A stretch of 64,000 nt of DNA, from positions 392,212,001-392,276,000 of the forward strand of contig OZ024740.1 in the NCBI GenBank assembly GCA_964016885.1. The letters run 5' to 3'. Shown here one piece after another: positions 27,801 through 41,712 of the stretch. Each line of letters opens with the position of its first letter. Position 1 is the stretch's first letter. Position numbers and translations under genes: made by a program. Under the pieces are notes generated by a model that was not told where the DNA came from, made no database searches, and saw only the letters and a program-made list of their open reading frames with translations. This DNA is from Eledone cirrhosa. Its lineage: Eukaryota.

Positions 27801-30475
27801 ATGCAATGGTATTATTATCATTTCATATCTATAGCAAATATTTCTCCTTTTTTTTATGCAGTCTTGTGCATTTTTTATGTTATTGCTCAAATTACCTCAA
27901 TACGGGGAATCCATTAATAGGCAAACCAGCAGCTGACTTGGACTACTCCACAGTCATAGAAGAGGGATTCCACATCATATTCTCCCTTTTACTTTGGTAT
28001 CTCTTGTTAGGCCAAATCCAACATGGAGTCAATTAAATCATTTCACCTTACTCCATATAAACTGCAAGTCCTTTCACAAATTTCCTGGTAATTTCATTTT
28101 CATATCTTTTTACCAGGAAGGGAAGTCTTGGTATGTAAAAGATGCACAGGGGTGATTGAGGAGACAAGTGTCAGTGATTTACACAAAGGATCCATAGAAG
28201 AGGTTGATAGCTTCTGCTTTCTAGGTGACTTAATTAGCAGCAAAGGAGGGTGCTCTGAGAGGCTAATAGCTAGAATAAGGATAGGATGGAAGAAGATTAG
28301 TGAGCTTGGATAAACTCATTATTCAATATGTCTTTTCCTTTTTAAGATGGTGATCTGAAGGAGATTTTGCTGCTATTTCTAGCAGGTCAAGTGGTTATAT
28401 AGAAGCTTCCTCATTGGCATGGGCGTGTATTCAGTCTGCTATTAATGTCTTTGTATACTTATTTCTAACTATATTTTCTACACTATCTATAAACATAGTA
28501 CTTGCTGCTATTGTGACTTTTCCCATTTATTTCATAAAGTGATAGGGGAAAGTTTACAAGGGTATAATGTTCAGTGCTCTGTTACAGTAAACATAGTAGT
28601 ACACCATATTATGGCAGAGTTTCTCCAGGTGCCAGTCAATAAGTGCTGTTATTCCTTACACTCAGCAGGCATTCAATACTTAAACCTGAAACTTGTATTC
28701 ATATTAAATATATTTTATGGAGATTCTAGCAAAGACTGGGGACATGAAAGTTATCAGAGATATTAGGTTTCACTAAAGCAGCTACAGTGTTATAATGTTG
28801 TTTATATTATCCTCTTTTTTCTTCAGTGGAATCACTGAAATAGAAAGTGATCTTGAAATACAGAGCTGGCTATATGAATCCATGAGGCTTTCTAGACAAT
28901 TTTGTTCATCAACTAGAAATTTGGGAAACCATTCAGTCTAATAACTTTCTATGTTAAGTAGCATCAGGGGAAAATTCACAAATATTTATCTAAGTTATCA
29001 ATTTTTATCTACTCCCATATAGGCACAGGCATAGCTATAGGTATAGGCATGACTATAAGTGCAGACATGATTATGTAGTTAAAAACTTCATTTTGTGTCC
29101 ACATACTTCCATGTCCCATTCCACTTTTTCAGCAAGGGTCTTTTACCATATCATTTCACTGACCAATGTCTTGTGAATTTGGTAGATAAAAATTGTAAGA
29201 AATCTTGTCATATAGATTCGGTGTAGGTTTGTTTACATTCATGTTAAAGAAATTGATGGTATTAATTGTATATATATGTGTGTGTGTATGTGTGCTTGTA
29301 TGAGTCAGTTTACCACATGCATCTTTGTATTGGCAATGTTTAAAGCAACTGGTGACATCTGTTTATGCTTTACATAATATATGCCACACCTATGAAACAA
29401 AATATGGGTTATCATCAAGAAGTGCATCCAACCATAGAACTCTACTTTAAAGTCTCGTCTAACCCATGTTAGCATGAAAACAAAACAGATATAAAAACGA
29501 TGATGAAGATCCCAATTTAATCCTAGCAGAAAACATTACTTTCTGAAGAGTACTGCCTGAAAGGTTAGATGTTTTTACTTCCTTACAAAAAATTAATTTA
29601 TACTTTTGAACTGTTTACACTCACTACATGCTGACACAGGCCTAAAGTAGCTTCTCAGGATACCACTTTATCCTGTTTTATCTCTGTCACATTACCAAAA
29701 GCTGGGTTTCGGTATTTGATTGTCATTTACCTGAAGTGAAATCAACACAGTCTGTTAATTTCATTCCAGCTGTTTGTTAGATTACAGTTAGACCTTCACA
29801 GGGTAAGAATCGAATTTCCTTTTTATTTATTTTTCTTTCTTTCATCTCAAGATTTCAACAGACTAAAGTTAATTAAAATTTAGACATAAAAGAAAAGATT
29901 GATATTTAGAATATATTACAAGTTTATGTGTGGGTATTAGTGCATACATTGGATAGAGTGAGAGAGAGGGTTCAGGAGTCGGATAAGTAAGACACCATTT
30001 AAATTTATATAATGAAGCAAGAAGTAAACTAGTGAGCATAGACTCTCCCTCAAAAAGACTTATGTCGAGCCTCCCTTCACTAACACACAATGACTGAGTG
30101 CTTTGTGGTTTCAGGTTTACTTGGTAGGGGATACTGGAGCAGCTTTGTGACCCAGAGGTATGATGTACTGATCCATCTTGGTGGATATGCCCTGGTATAT
30201 ATCAATCACTGTGTCACTACTTTTTTGGGTGTGCCAAAGAAGACAAAAGCTAGAGGAGTGCGCCCTAACAGAAATACAAACTATGGCATACACACACGCA
30301 CATACACACACACACACTGACATCATCTATTTTGGTGCATATAAACATTAGAAGTTTCAAATTTACTGGTAATCTTTTGTTAGAGTACTCACACACATAT
30401 ATATATATATATATATAAATGAAGATTATGGCAGCATTCTGTAATCTTATATCATTTTATTAATTACATTATTGG

Positions 30476-30530
30476 TGTTAAATGCATTTCAGTGGCACCA
30501 AATATGTAACTGATACAACCTCATCAGACA
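30476..30530 (-). ncRNA. Hammerhead-like motif, somewhat degenerate
   Basis: Minus strand TGT-CTGATGA-GGT.GTATCA..TGGTGC.ACT-GAAA-TGCATT-TA-ACA; stem III has a mismatch. Confidence 0.5.
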
Positions 30531-30890
30531 GCTATTATACAATTATTCATATTGCGATATGTTCAGGGTGAATATTTTTAATGTTGTCACCTCAAGCCTG
30601 GCAAACATATGAATCTTAGTAAAAGACTCTCTATTCAGCACCACTTGGGGCATGTTTACTTCAATCGTTGGTTGTTAATTGATCGACAAGTAAAATTGGG
30701 AGTCAATTACCAATTAACGAACACAAATGGACCAAGTTATATATATATATATATATATGCAAAAGTTCTATTTAAAATTGTTGGGATACAACAAGTAAAT
30801 AATAATTGACTATCCAGATGGCTTCCAAAAATAATGGTTGCATTTTAAAAGTGTACGTCAAAGCTTATTTGTAAAATTGTTATATATTGT

Positions 30891-30953
30891 ATTTTGTCTG
30901 ATGAAGGCATACCATAATTTAATTTGGTATCCCTGAAATATGTATAATGAAAT
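30891..30953 (+). ncRNA. Type I hammerhead motif, family D
   Basis: ATTTTGT-CTGATGA-AGG.ATACCA..TGGTAT.CCT-GAAA-TATGTA-TA-ATGAAAT; downstream ~40 nt match 49194-49232. Confidence 0.65.
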
Positions 30954-30990
30954 AAATATGGTTTTATAAATATAGTTTCCATTTATTAAT

Positions 30991-31042
<52 letters not shown>

Positions 31043-32128
31043 TAATTACAGGAATAATTTCATTCTTATTTATAGAAGGCAGTGGTAGGGCAACAAATTT
31101 AGTATTTAGTTCTGTTCCTTTTTGTTCTGATCTCAAATTCTGGAAGGGGCATTGTTGCCTTTAACCTTTTTGATACCAAGCTGCCTGAGATTGCCCCTGG
31201 TTTTACAATTCAAAGCTGCTTATTTTTAATTATTAATAATTAACTAAAAACCATCCATGAGAATCTTATGTTCCAAACACATTAAAAAAATTATATTACT
31301 AAATATCTCCAAATTCTTAATTTTCAAAACTATTTGAAAACCATAGACACTGTCTTCAGAGAATTGAGACATAGTAGATGGGACTCTCTAGACATGTCTC
31401 AGATAATTTATCTAGTGTTGGTGTTTTGTTAAATTGCATCCAAGTCAATAAAACAACAAAGATTGTCATCTGGTGCACAGTAACAGAGGAAACCACTTCT
31501 TATGATGGGAACCTATTCTAAACTGGATATACACAGCATTCACAAGGTATTGGTAAGCTTAAGATTATAGTAGAAGACAAATGCCAAAAGTACCATGCAG
31601 TGAGATGGAACCCAAAACAATATGGTTGCATGGCAAACTTCTTAATTATACTGCCATAATTAAATATAGAATGCAGGAGTGAGTGTATCTGATCTTTGAT
31701 ATTTTCCCTCAGGCAGATTGAGAACTCATATTTAATATATAGATTATAAAGCGAGTTCAGTGTTTGTTTGCTTCTAGAATTCTGTGTCAAACTAGAGCTT
31801 CTGTTTGTTTTTTCCTTTGGCACAGTTTTCTTCCTGATATCAGAGTTCAGACTACAGTAATAAAATTACATTATTTAATCAGGTCAGTTTTATATCCGTT
31901 GCTGAAATTTGGCATCCAACTTTCAGCAGAACGTTGTCTGGCATTTATTCTGTGGAATTTTCTCATTTGTTGCATTGGAAATATGCCTGGTTTGTTTTAT
32001 ACAGAATAATCCATTGGTGGTTTTATTTTGTTTTTAGTTAATTGAGAAATACCTGTTTTTCTTTATAAGAGTCTGAATTCTGACTGAGAGATTAAGATAG
32101 CCATCTGCCAAAATGTCATAGGTTTTAA

Positions 32129-32336
32129 CCCGTTTGATACCAAGCTACCTGGAGTCGCCTCTGGTTCTATGATACAAAGCTGTTCTTTTTAAATTTCTCA
32201 TATTTAGATTTAAACCTTAGTTTGATAATGAGAAAATTAGTTATTTTACTAAATCCCTTGAAATTCATAATTATTTTCAATATTGTTTAAAAATCATACA
32301 GAGTGTCTTTTATTACAATTATGGCAACAAAAATGG
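32129..32336. mobile_element. Second TTAA-flanked MITE family (related relics near 31161, 33780 and 52510-52800)
   Basis: TTAA|CCCGTTTG ... CAAAAATGG|TTAA; internal homology to 31161-31340. Confidence 0.55.
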
Positions 32337-32828
32337 TTAAATTTTGCCAATAACATTAGTTGGTAGACTTAAGTGAGCATCAGTGAAGTTTCTTCCTTAT
32401 TGCTCTATTTACATGAGTTAAACCATGTTAAAAAAAGCTGCCACTTTGACTAGCCAAGCTTGTCAAAAAATAAACAAATAAAAAATTATCTTTCCACCAT
32501 AATTCATGGAAATATAAGATTTTTCAAGACTATCGGATTGATATAAATCATCATCATTGTTTAATGTCTGCTTTTCTTGCTAGCAACGGTTGGATGGGTT
32601 GTTACTCAAAGCAGAGGTACTGACTCCATGGATGGGCCAGGAACCTGCATCCTATTGAGTACTCAGATGGGCCAGAGGCCCACAATTCACTTACATAATG
32701 TTCCATACACAAATATTTAAAAACAATAAGAATGACAATAGGTGTATGTTGGTGATAATAATAGGGGTTGGGAGTCAGTGACAATGAACTTGGCTACTAT
32801 CATACTATCATTAATCACATGAAATAAT

Positions 32829-33013
32829 TGTTTCTACTTTAGGCACAAGGCCAGCAATTACCCAGTGCATTACTGGTACTTTATTTTATCGACCCTGTAA
32901 GGATGAAAGGCAAAGTCAACCTTGGCGGGATTTGAACTCAGATCGTAAAGGGACGTAACTATGCTGGAAAGCATGGCGTCCGACCCTCTACCGATACTGC
33001 CAATCCACCGCCT
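32829..33013 (-). mobile_element. tRNA-derived SINE with 19-bp TSD; further copies or fragments near 3770, 11350, 19840, 33185, 37355, 37560, 37950-38296, 63140
   Basis: A box TGGCAGTATCGG and B box GAGTTCAAATCC on the - strand, core GCCTTTCATCCTTACAGGGTCGATAAAATAAAGTACCAG; TSD ATTAATCACATGAAATAAT at 32810-32828 and 33014-33032. Confidence 0.85.
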
Positions 33014-36000
33014 ATTAATCACATGAAATAATGACTGTGTAGTTATGTTGAACAGATGGAGAAAAATGCTTAACAAATTAGTATACGACACCCAGCTTGA
33101 AGGGGAAATAGACCATTAACATTGAAAATCTGAATGAGTTATGTATTTCAATATTTCTGCCTTTGTAAAATATTTCTTTCTAACATAGGCCCAAGGCCAG
33201 AAATTATATACTATACTGCTACTTTATTTCATTGACCCTTGGTGAATGAGAGGCAAAGTAAATTTCAATGGGATTTGAACTCAGAATATAAAGACAGTAA
33301 CTAAATATCATAGAGCATTTTGTCTGATTCACTAATGACTTTGCTAATCCACCACCCTTTGCTTCCTGTATATTAATAACAGCACTGTCTAATGAATTTA
33401 TCTATCTCAGAAACATTCACAGATATTCAGCAGCCAGTCACCTCTCCTATCCACATCCTCTACTCTTGCAATGCTGTGTTCAACTGACTTGTTTCATGCA
33501 TTTCAACCCTTTCATTATATTTCTAATGACTAATAATGTCTAGTATTTTCAAATAATTTTGAAAATACTCAAGTATTTGGAGGGATTTAGTAATCAATTT
33601 TTTTTTTTTTTTTTTTTTTTTGTTAATCTGGTGTTTGGAGTATAGCTTAACAAATGTTCTTACAAAATATTGTGATGGAAAGTATAAACATTTAAACAGA
33701 TTTGTATTGTAGTATCAGGGGTCTATTCAAGCATTTTGATATAAAAATACAATGAATAAGATACTGTAATATATTACAACTTCTGAGACCACCTTTGATT
33801 TTGAAACAAGGTTAATCTAAATACCTGCCTTAAAATGTTCATATTTAAAATAAAACATCTTATTATAATTTTATTTTATATTATTTTATTAATTTATGCT
33901 CCAAACATCATCTTTGTAACAACAAAGTTAGTTGTCTTACTAAATCTTCTAGACTCTTGATTATTTTCAAAATTTATTGAAATACATGTCCAAATTTCAA
34001 TATGAATATGGTCATAAAAGAGTTAACATCACCAGTTTCAATTAATTACATGTCTTTACTATACATGAGTGAAAACATGTGACTTAGTGGTTTGAGTATT
34101 TAGTTCACTGTCATAATATCATGAGTTCAATTTATGTTGCTCAAGTCCACTCAGCTGGCAAAAATGTTTTGTAATTCAAAGGGCCAGCTTTGTCACACTT
34201 TGTGTCATGCTGTATATCCCTGAAAACTACAAGGGATTGCAAAACATTTAGCCATTTGCACATTAATTGTGAAGGTGTGTGACTTAGTGGTTAGAGTGTT
34301 TAGCTTACAATCATATGGTGAAGAGTTCAATTCCTGGCAGCATGCTGTGTCCTTGAGCAAGACACTTTGCTCTTGTTGACTCAACTGGAATAACTAAATT
34401 AGTTATAGTTCAAAGTGCCAGCCTTATCCCACTCTATCATGCTGAATCTCCCTGAGAACTACGTTAGAGGTAAATGTGTTTTTGGAATGCTCAGTCACTT
34501 ACTTGTTAATTCCACAAGCTGGTTGTAGAACTGGTGGAATGGATAGAAATCTGTTCCATTCCATATTATTAATCCAAACTGTCTGTTCTAAATGGATTTC
34601 AGAATTAGAAAATTTTGCAAATAAGCTCATGTGACAATTTTGAGAGTGACACTCTCCTAGAATAAAAAAGAAGCCATCTGTGACTGGAAGTTTATATGAA
34701 GCTCCAAATAGAACTCATTTCTTTTACTCTTGGGAGGTTTAATGTCTTGGTTGAGCTATTGTATTATTTACTGAAAGAATATATTAAATATGTATGAGTT
34801 CTTCTTCAGTCCTGGGAACATAAAAAATAAACTGGATAAAAGTATCTTTTCAGCATCAAAGAGGACAAGAAACACGAGGGATGAAATCTGTTAGCATAAT
34901 TGAAGATATCTTAGTCCCCCCCTCCCCAAGAATTAATATATAAATAAATAACAACAACAATAATAAAAATAATTTCATTTCAGTCAAATATTTGCATAAA
35001 TGAGTGCTAAATCGAGCTTGACCTCATTTTGTATTCTATTGATCTTGCTCTTTTCTATTTCATAAAGTGATAATAGTCTGGACAAGTAATTGATCCCAGA
35101 TGTATATAGCAGATAATTGATACAAGGTTGGTTTCAAGATTATTGATTCTGAAATGAATAATGAGGAATTTTAAATAAGAATTGTCAATTTATCAGTTCA
35201 TCATTTTTCTTTTTCAGTCAAATAAATTTGAATAGAAATTAATGGGAAGAAAATATTATCAATAGTAGATATGCAAATAATGATAATAATGGTGATAATA
35301 GTAATGAAATTTCTAAAATAAGCATAGGGCTACACATTTTATGGGGTGAATAGTCAAATATATTGACCCTCATCTCAGTACTAGGCTGGTGTTCAATCAT
35401 TTCTGCTACCTCCTTCCCTGCAATGGTAAAGAAATCTCCCCACCCATTAAATGAGCTCATAATAATTGTTATATAGAATATATAAAAGTAGTAAAGATTG
35501 CTGAGATGTTAAGAAATTAAACTAAATGAATCACAGAATTTTATTTCAGTCTCTCAGTTACCTATTCAAATCCTGGCATGGTAAACTATGCCTTTCACCT
35601 CTCTTTTCAAGATTGATAAAAAAACTTAACTACACAGTCATGCCTGTGCATATATAGATTATATTGTCTGATGTGTCCTTTATTTTTTAAAGAAGACAGA
35701 GCATGATTTAGAGGTTTACCTGCTAGTCTAACAATGAAGTAGAGAATTCCTGCTTGGCTCATCACTGGTGCTTTATCAACCCTGAAGGGATGAAAACAAA
35801 TCCAACTTTGGCAAGATCTGAGCTTAGAATGTGTGAATGAAAAAAACACTGTAATGCTTTTAATCTGCTTCTACCAACTTTTTTGCCCTTCTCAAATTGC
35901 TTATTATATGTTCACAGAGGGAGTTTCGTAGTGAATATTGTTCATTAGCTTGGGGCCTGACATATGGATTCTAAGTCTTCATTGCTGTTGTTCATTGTGT

Positions 36001-36066
36001 ATCTTTAAGTACTCAAGGTGGATCTATGATAACATTTCAACAGTTAGCTTTATCTCATACCATATA

Positions 36067-36213
<147 letters not shown>

Positions 36214-38297
36214 GCTTTTATCCTACCAACAGCTGGTGCTGGGTTGCCATAAGAAGTTCTATGCTCCTACTGCTCTTATTTTTCTATGGTGGTAGGGCTG
36301 TTTTATCAGGAATATTTCTAGTTTACCAGACAAGTCATAATACTTTTATAAGCCAGTTAGGAAGGATAATAGGAGTTTTGAATTTCTTACCAATATACTG
36401 TATGATTTATTTATTATCTGAATCTTGGAGGCTCTAGATTCTTATTCTGATTCTTTTAGTTATGTTCTTATCTTTTCTTGATAAAAAAAAATTAATAAAA
36501 ACAATATATGTATAAATCATTTGTATATTTGTACAAGAAAAAGAAATTGTGAAAGTAACCCAAATAGATTGATTTGCTGATAAAGAAAAAAAAAAGGTTA
36601 TTTGAGAAGATGAAGATTACATTTTTAGATAGGGATTGGAAATAGGATAAGGTCAGTCAAAAAGGAAAAGTAAAACTTACAAAATAAATATGGGGACGTG
36701 AAACATAGTTTAAAGAGGTAGCAAAAAATTTAATTTCTTTACATAAGCAAAAGTTGGGCTTTACACTATTGTTTGTAAATCTCAGAAAAAAATGTAATTT
36801 CCGGCATTTATAATTAGATAAATCTTTCAGAATTATGATTTATTTATTTATTTGTTAGTTAATCAATTAATTACATTTATTATTATTTTACATTCATATT
36901 TTCTATTACACTAACATGAAAAGTCTGCAGTTTAAGATATTCTCTATATTTTAACCCTCTAGTTTTTCAATATAAAACTATGTTTTAAAGAATTTATATT
37001 TATCTAAAAACCTTCCATCATAATTTTATAGAAGTTTTTTTGAAGTTATGTTACAAACACCAGCTTAATGATGAGTAATTTAGACTATGATTGGTGAGTG
37101 CTGACTGATCAAACCAATGTATGATCAAAGACATACCAGCTGTGACCATCCTGTTTTTTTCTTAGTCATAGTATATTTAAGATTACATTACACAATGTGC
37201 TCTTCCTTTTTGTCTATTTTTTTTTTCAAGAGGGTTAGGTATAATTTGTAGGAGGTTTGACTGTTATTTCTAAGCTTCCTATCCAGCTCGAATGAGAAAG
37301 CTGGAGACAAAAATGCAGTGAGTAAAGCAATATATATATATAATGATAATAATAATTGTTTCTAATTTTGGCACAAGGCCAGCAATCATCCTAGTGCATT
37401 ACTGGTGCTTTATTTTATCGACCCCGTAAGGACGAAAGGTAAAGTTAACCTTGGAGGAATTTGAACTCAGATCGTAAAGGGCCGTAACTCCATGCTGAAA
37501 AGCATCGCATACGACCCTCTACTGATCTTGCCAATCCACCGCCTTTGATGATAATAATAATTGTTTCTAATTTTGGCACAAAGCCAGCAATTATCCTTGT
37601 GCATTACTGGTACTTTATTCTATCGACCCCGTAAGAATGAAAGGCAAAGTTAATCTCGGCAGGATTTGAACTCAGACCTTAAAGGGACATAACTCTATGC
37701 TTTGATGATAATAATAATGAACATTATTGTGTGCAGTGCTCAGGTGCACAGTCAAACATTTGCTGATCAGTTTGAATTTTTTCAGAGACTTTCAAAATTT
37801 TGCCTGCTGTAGTCAACTACAGATAAAGCTTGTCTCTGTTGTAAAGATGTATTCTATGTTCTACTTATATGTATTGAGTGTTCATCTTGTTAATGTTTGA
37901 ATGTCTTTATGTAAGCTTTTACATTAAGCACACAGCACACATTAATATAATTGTTTTTACTTTTGGAACAAGGCCAGCAAAACTCCGAGAGCATAGAGCA
38001 GGAATGAATAGCGTAAAGCATTCTATCCGACGTTCTAATGACTGCCAATTCGCCACCATTTGCCTTTCATCCTTACGGGGTCAATAAAATAAAGTACCAG
38101 TAATGCACTGGGTAATTGCTGGCCTTGTGCCTAATGTAGAAACAATTAATATAATGCACATATTATATAATGGCAATGGATTGGCAGTATCGGACAACAT
38201 GCATTATGGCATAGAGTTATGGTCCTTTACGATCTGAGTTAAAATCCTGCCCAGGTTAGCTTTGCCTTTCATCCTTACAGGGCCAATAAAATAAAGT

Positions 38298-39306
38298 CCA
38301 TGGGAACTTCTCTATGCTGACGATCTGGTTCTTATAGCAGAATAAGTAGAGGAGCTAGAGAATAAATTCTGACTATGGAAACAGCAGTTGGAAGCAAGAG
38401 GACTGCGAGTGAATCTAGCTAAGACAAAAGTGTTGATGAGTAGAAAAGAGGACAAAACCCTGATTCCGTCAGGGAAATGGCCATGTTCGATATGCAGAAA
38501 AGGAACTGGCATAAATTCTATAAAATGCACACAATGCAGATCCTGGGTACACAAGAGATGCAGCGGGATAGCAGGCAAAATAACAGGTAGGGAGAAATAT
38601 GTATGCAGTCGATGTACAGGGAAATTAGACAGTAGAAGTCGCATTGATAGACACATTTTTCAAATGCAGGAGGGCGCTATAGAAGTGGTGGATAGCTTCC
38701 GGTACCTAGGAGATCAGATTAGCATGGGAGGAGGGGGTTCCGAGGCCATAGTATCTAGAATAAGGACGGGTTGGAAGAAGTTTAGGGAGCTGCTTCCTCT
38801 GTTGACGAAGCAGGGTTTCTCCCTGCGTACGAAAGGCCGGTTGTATGATGCCTGTGTGAGGAGCGCGATGCTGCATGGTAGTGAGACATGGGCAGCTACT
38901 GCAGAGGATATGCGACGGCTGGAGAGAAATGAGGCAAGCATGCTCCGTTTGATGTGCAGTGTAAATGTGCGTGAACGACCCAGCATAAATGTGTTGAGAG
39001 AGAAACTGTGTCTGAGAGGCATAGAATGTAGTGTACGGGAGAGGAGACTGAGGAGGTATGGACATGTGATGCGCATGGAGGATGACCGATGGGTGAAGAA
39101 GTGCCAGGAATTGCCAGTTGAAGGAAGACGTGGTAGAGGTAGACCACGAAAAACATGGGCGGAGGTGGTGAGAACAACCTCAGATCATTGAAGCTCACGG
39201 TGGAGATGACGAGGGACCGTGACGAGTGGAGAGATGCTGTGCTGAAAAAGACCCGTCCCACCCTTGCAAGCAGGGATAAGCGGACGTAAAATGATGATGA
39301 TGATGA
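38298..39306 (+). mobile_element. 5'-truncated RTE LINE family A: RT C-terminus pseudogene
   Basis: PWELLYADDLVL, then two stops, NLAKTKVL, Cys/His finger, [22 protein letters not shown], frameshift near 39177, (TGA)n tail. Confidence 0.92.
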
Positions 39307-39359
39307 TATATATATATATATATATATATTTACATATATATATACATATATATATATAT

Positions 39360-39437
<78 letters not shown>

Positions 39438-39438
<1 letters not shown>

Positions 39439-40131
39439 TCATCATCATCATCATCATCATCGTTTAACGTCCATATTCCACGCTTGCATGGGTTTGGACG
39501 GGAGTTTTCCCACTTGAGGCAAGAGTGGTTGTCTTGCTCGCATAGGACTGTCTGGCGGGTTTTCTACGGCTGGATGCCCTTCCTAACACCAACCACATTT
39601 ACAGTGTGGAACTGGGAGATTTTTACCATGTTACCTATACGGCCACATTACAGCGTGGACTGTGTGTTTTTTTGTCGTGATACCTACACAACCTCATTTG
39701 TTTCAGACTGGATGTTGTAGTACCAACATAACTTTACATTGAAAGGGGTGGTGTGGATGTGATGGGGGTAATGGGACGGGGGTGTATTTTGTTGGTGCCT
39801 ACTGACTGTAGTAGGTTTCACTTTGTACTTAGGTAAGGCGGGTCTTCTCTATTACTGTGTAGCGCCAAAGATCTCGGTCCAGTGACATTGTCTTGTAGAG
39901 GTGTAAGTGTGTGAGGTCGGAATTTATCAGGTCGTCCCAGGTTTTTCTGGGTCTGCCTACTCCGTGGCTACCATCTATTTTTATTGCCCTGCACTTTTTT
40001 ATACAGTTGTCATCTTTCATGCGCATCACATAACCATACCAACGTAGTCTTCTCTCGAGTGAACAACATCTGATCCCTCTTATTCCTAATTTCTCCCTTA
40101 GTTCATTTATGCTTTGCCGTTCACGTATATT
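39438..40131 (-). mobile_element. 5'-truncated RTE LINE family B (3' ORF end plus ~400-bp 3' UTR)
   Basis: RRLRWYGYVMRM..GRPRKTWDD; UTR ends AAGCGTGGAATATGGACGTTAAAC(GAT)n; homologous to 57529-58936. Confidence 0.9.
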
Positions 40132-40171
40132 ACCTATATACATATATATATATATACATATACATATATAC

Positions 40172-40221
<50 letters not shown>

Positions 40222-40378
40222 TGGAATAAATGCTCTGAAATAGCGATATATATGTGAATATAGACATAGAATATTCGAAAATATTCTGTATGTTTATAAT
40301 AAACATTTTGAAGACCTAATCGCTATAGAATAGAATACGTCACGTATTACAATTAGATTCTCGATAAAAGCAAGGGAA

Positions 40379-40421
40379 GTAATCTACGCGTTTCATTCTT
40401 ATTAGAAATCTTCAGGACTAC
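40379..40421 (-). ncRNA. Type I hammerhead ribozyme in array unit 1 (same motif at 40689-40731, 40999-41041, 41309-41351)
   Basis: GTAGTC-CTGAAGA-T.TTCT AATA AGAA.T-GAAAC GC GTA-GATTAC: 6-bp stem I, 4-bp stem II, palindromic ACGCGT stem III, GUA triplet. Confidence 0.85.
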
Positions 40422-41551
40422 ATATCCAGTGCTTTTATCGAGAATGACACAGCTAGAGACTTATAGAATACTTAGCTGTGTACAGAAACTGGTTTGAAAG
40501 AGCGGTTGCCGGTCCGGCAGAAATTAGAAATTGGAATAAATGCTCTGAAATAGCGATATATATGTGAATATAGACATAGAATATTCGAAAATATTCTGTA
40601 TGTTTATAATAAACATTTTGAAGACCTAATCGCTATAGAATAGAATACGTCACGTATTACAATTAGATTCTCGATAAAAGCAAGGGAAGTAATCTACGCG
40701 TTTCATTCTTATTAGAAATCTTCAGGACTACATATCCAGTGCTTTTATCGAGAATGACACAGCTAGAGACTTATAGAATACTTAGCTGTGTACAGAAACT
40801 GGTTTGAAAGAGCGGTTGCCGGTCCGGCAGAAATTAGAAATTGGAATAAATGCTCTGAAATAGCGATATATATGTGAATATAGACATAGAATATTCGAAA
40901 ATATTCTGTATGTTTATAATAAACATTTTGAAGACCTAATCGCTATAGAATAGAATACGTCACGTATTACAATTAGATTCTCGATAAAAGCAAGGGAAGT
41001 AATCTACGCGTTTCATTCTTATTAGAAATCTTCAGGACTACATATCCAGTGCTTTTATCGAGAATGACACAGCTAGAGACTTATAGAATACTTAGCTGTG
41101 TACAGAAACTGGTTTGAAAGAGCGGTTGCCGGTCCGGCAGAAATTAGAAATTGGAATAAATGCTCTGAAATAGCGATATATATGTGAATATAGACATAGA
41201 ATATTCGAAAATATTCTGTATGTTTATAATAAACATTTTGAAGACCTAATCGCTATAGAATAGAATACGTCACGTATTACAATTAGATTCTCGATAAAAG
41301 CAAGGGAAGTAATCTACGCGTTTCATTCTTATTAGAAATCTTCAGGACTACATATCCAGTGCTTTTATCGAGAATGACACAGCTAGAGACTTATAGAATA
41401 CTTAGCTGTGTACAGAAACTGGTTTGAAAGAGCGGTTGCCGGTCCGGCAGAAATTAGAAATTGGAATAAATGCTCTGAAATAGCGATATATATGTTTTTA
41501 AGTATTCTATAAGTCTCTAGCTGTGTCATTCTCGATAAAAGCACTGGATAT

Positions 41552-41594
41552 GTAGTCCTGAAGATTTCTAATAAGAATGAAACGCGTAGATTAC
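41552..41594 (+). ncRNA. Type I hammerhead ribozyme in the inverted partial copy
   Basis: GTAGTCCTGAAGATTTCTAATAAGAATGAAACGCGTAGATTAC on +, enclosed by the 16-bp stem ATTCTCGATAAAAGCA/TGCTTTTATCGAGAAT. Confidence 0.85.
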
Positions 41595-41712
41595 TTCCCT
41601 TGCTTTTATCGAGAATCTAATTGTAATACGTGACGTATTCTATTCTATAGCGATTAGGTCTTCAAAATGTTTATTATAAACATACAGAATATTTTCGAAT
41701 ATTCTATGTCTA

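Noticed and set aside
29540-29570. CTGAAGA...GAAA hammerhead-like string
   Set aside because: No convincing stems I-III.
30493-30570. Possible next PGS1 exon (TTTCAG acceptor, SDSYYT resembling SDSYFT)
   Set aside because: Lacks ANLS and RQDRY; better explained as the reverse strand of a hammerhead element.
32920-33013. tRNA gene call for A/B-box sequences
   Set aside because: They are SINE heads with TSD and many decayed copies; no cloverleaf.
40221-41495. CRISPR-like interpretation of the tandem arrays (also 1936-2136, 20129-21122)
   Set aside because: No unique spacers, no cas genes, eukaryotic context.
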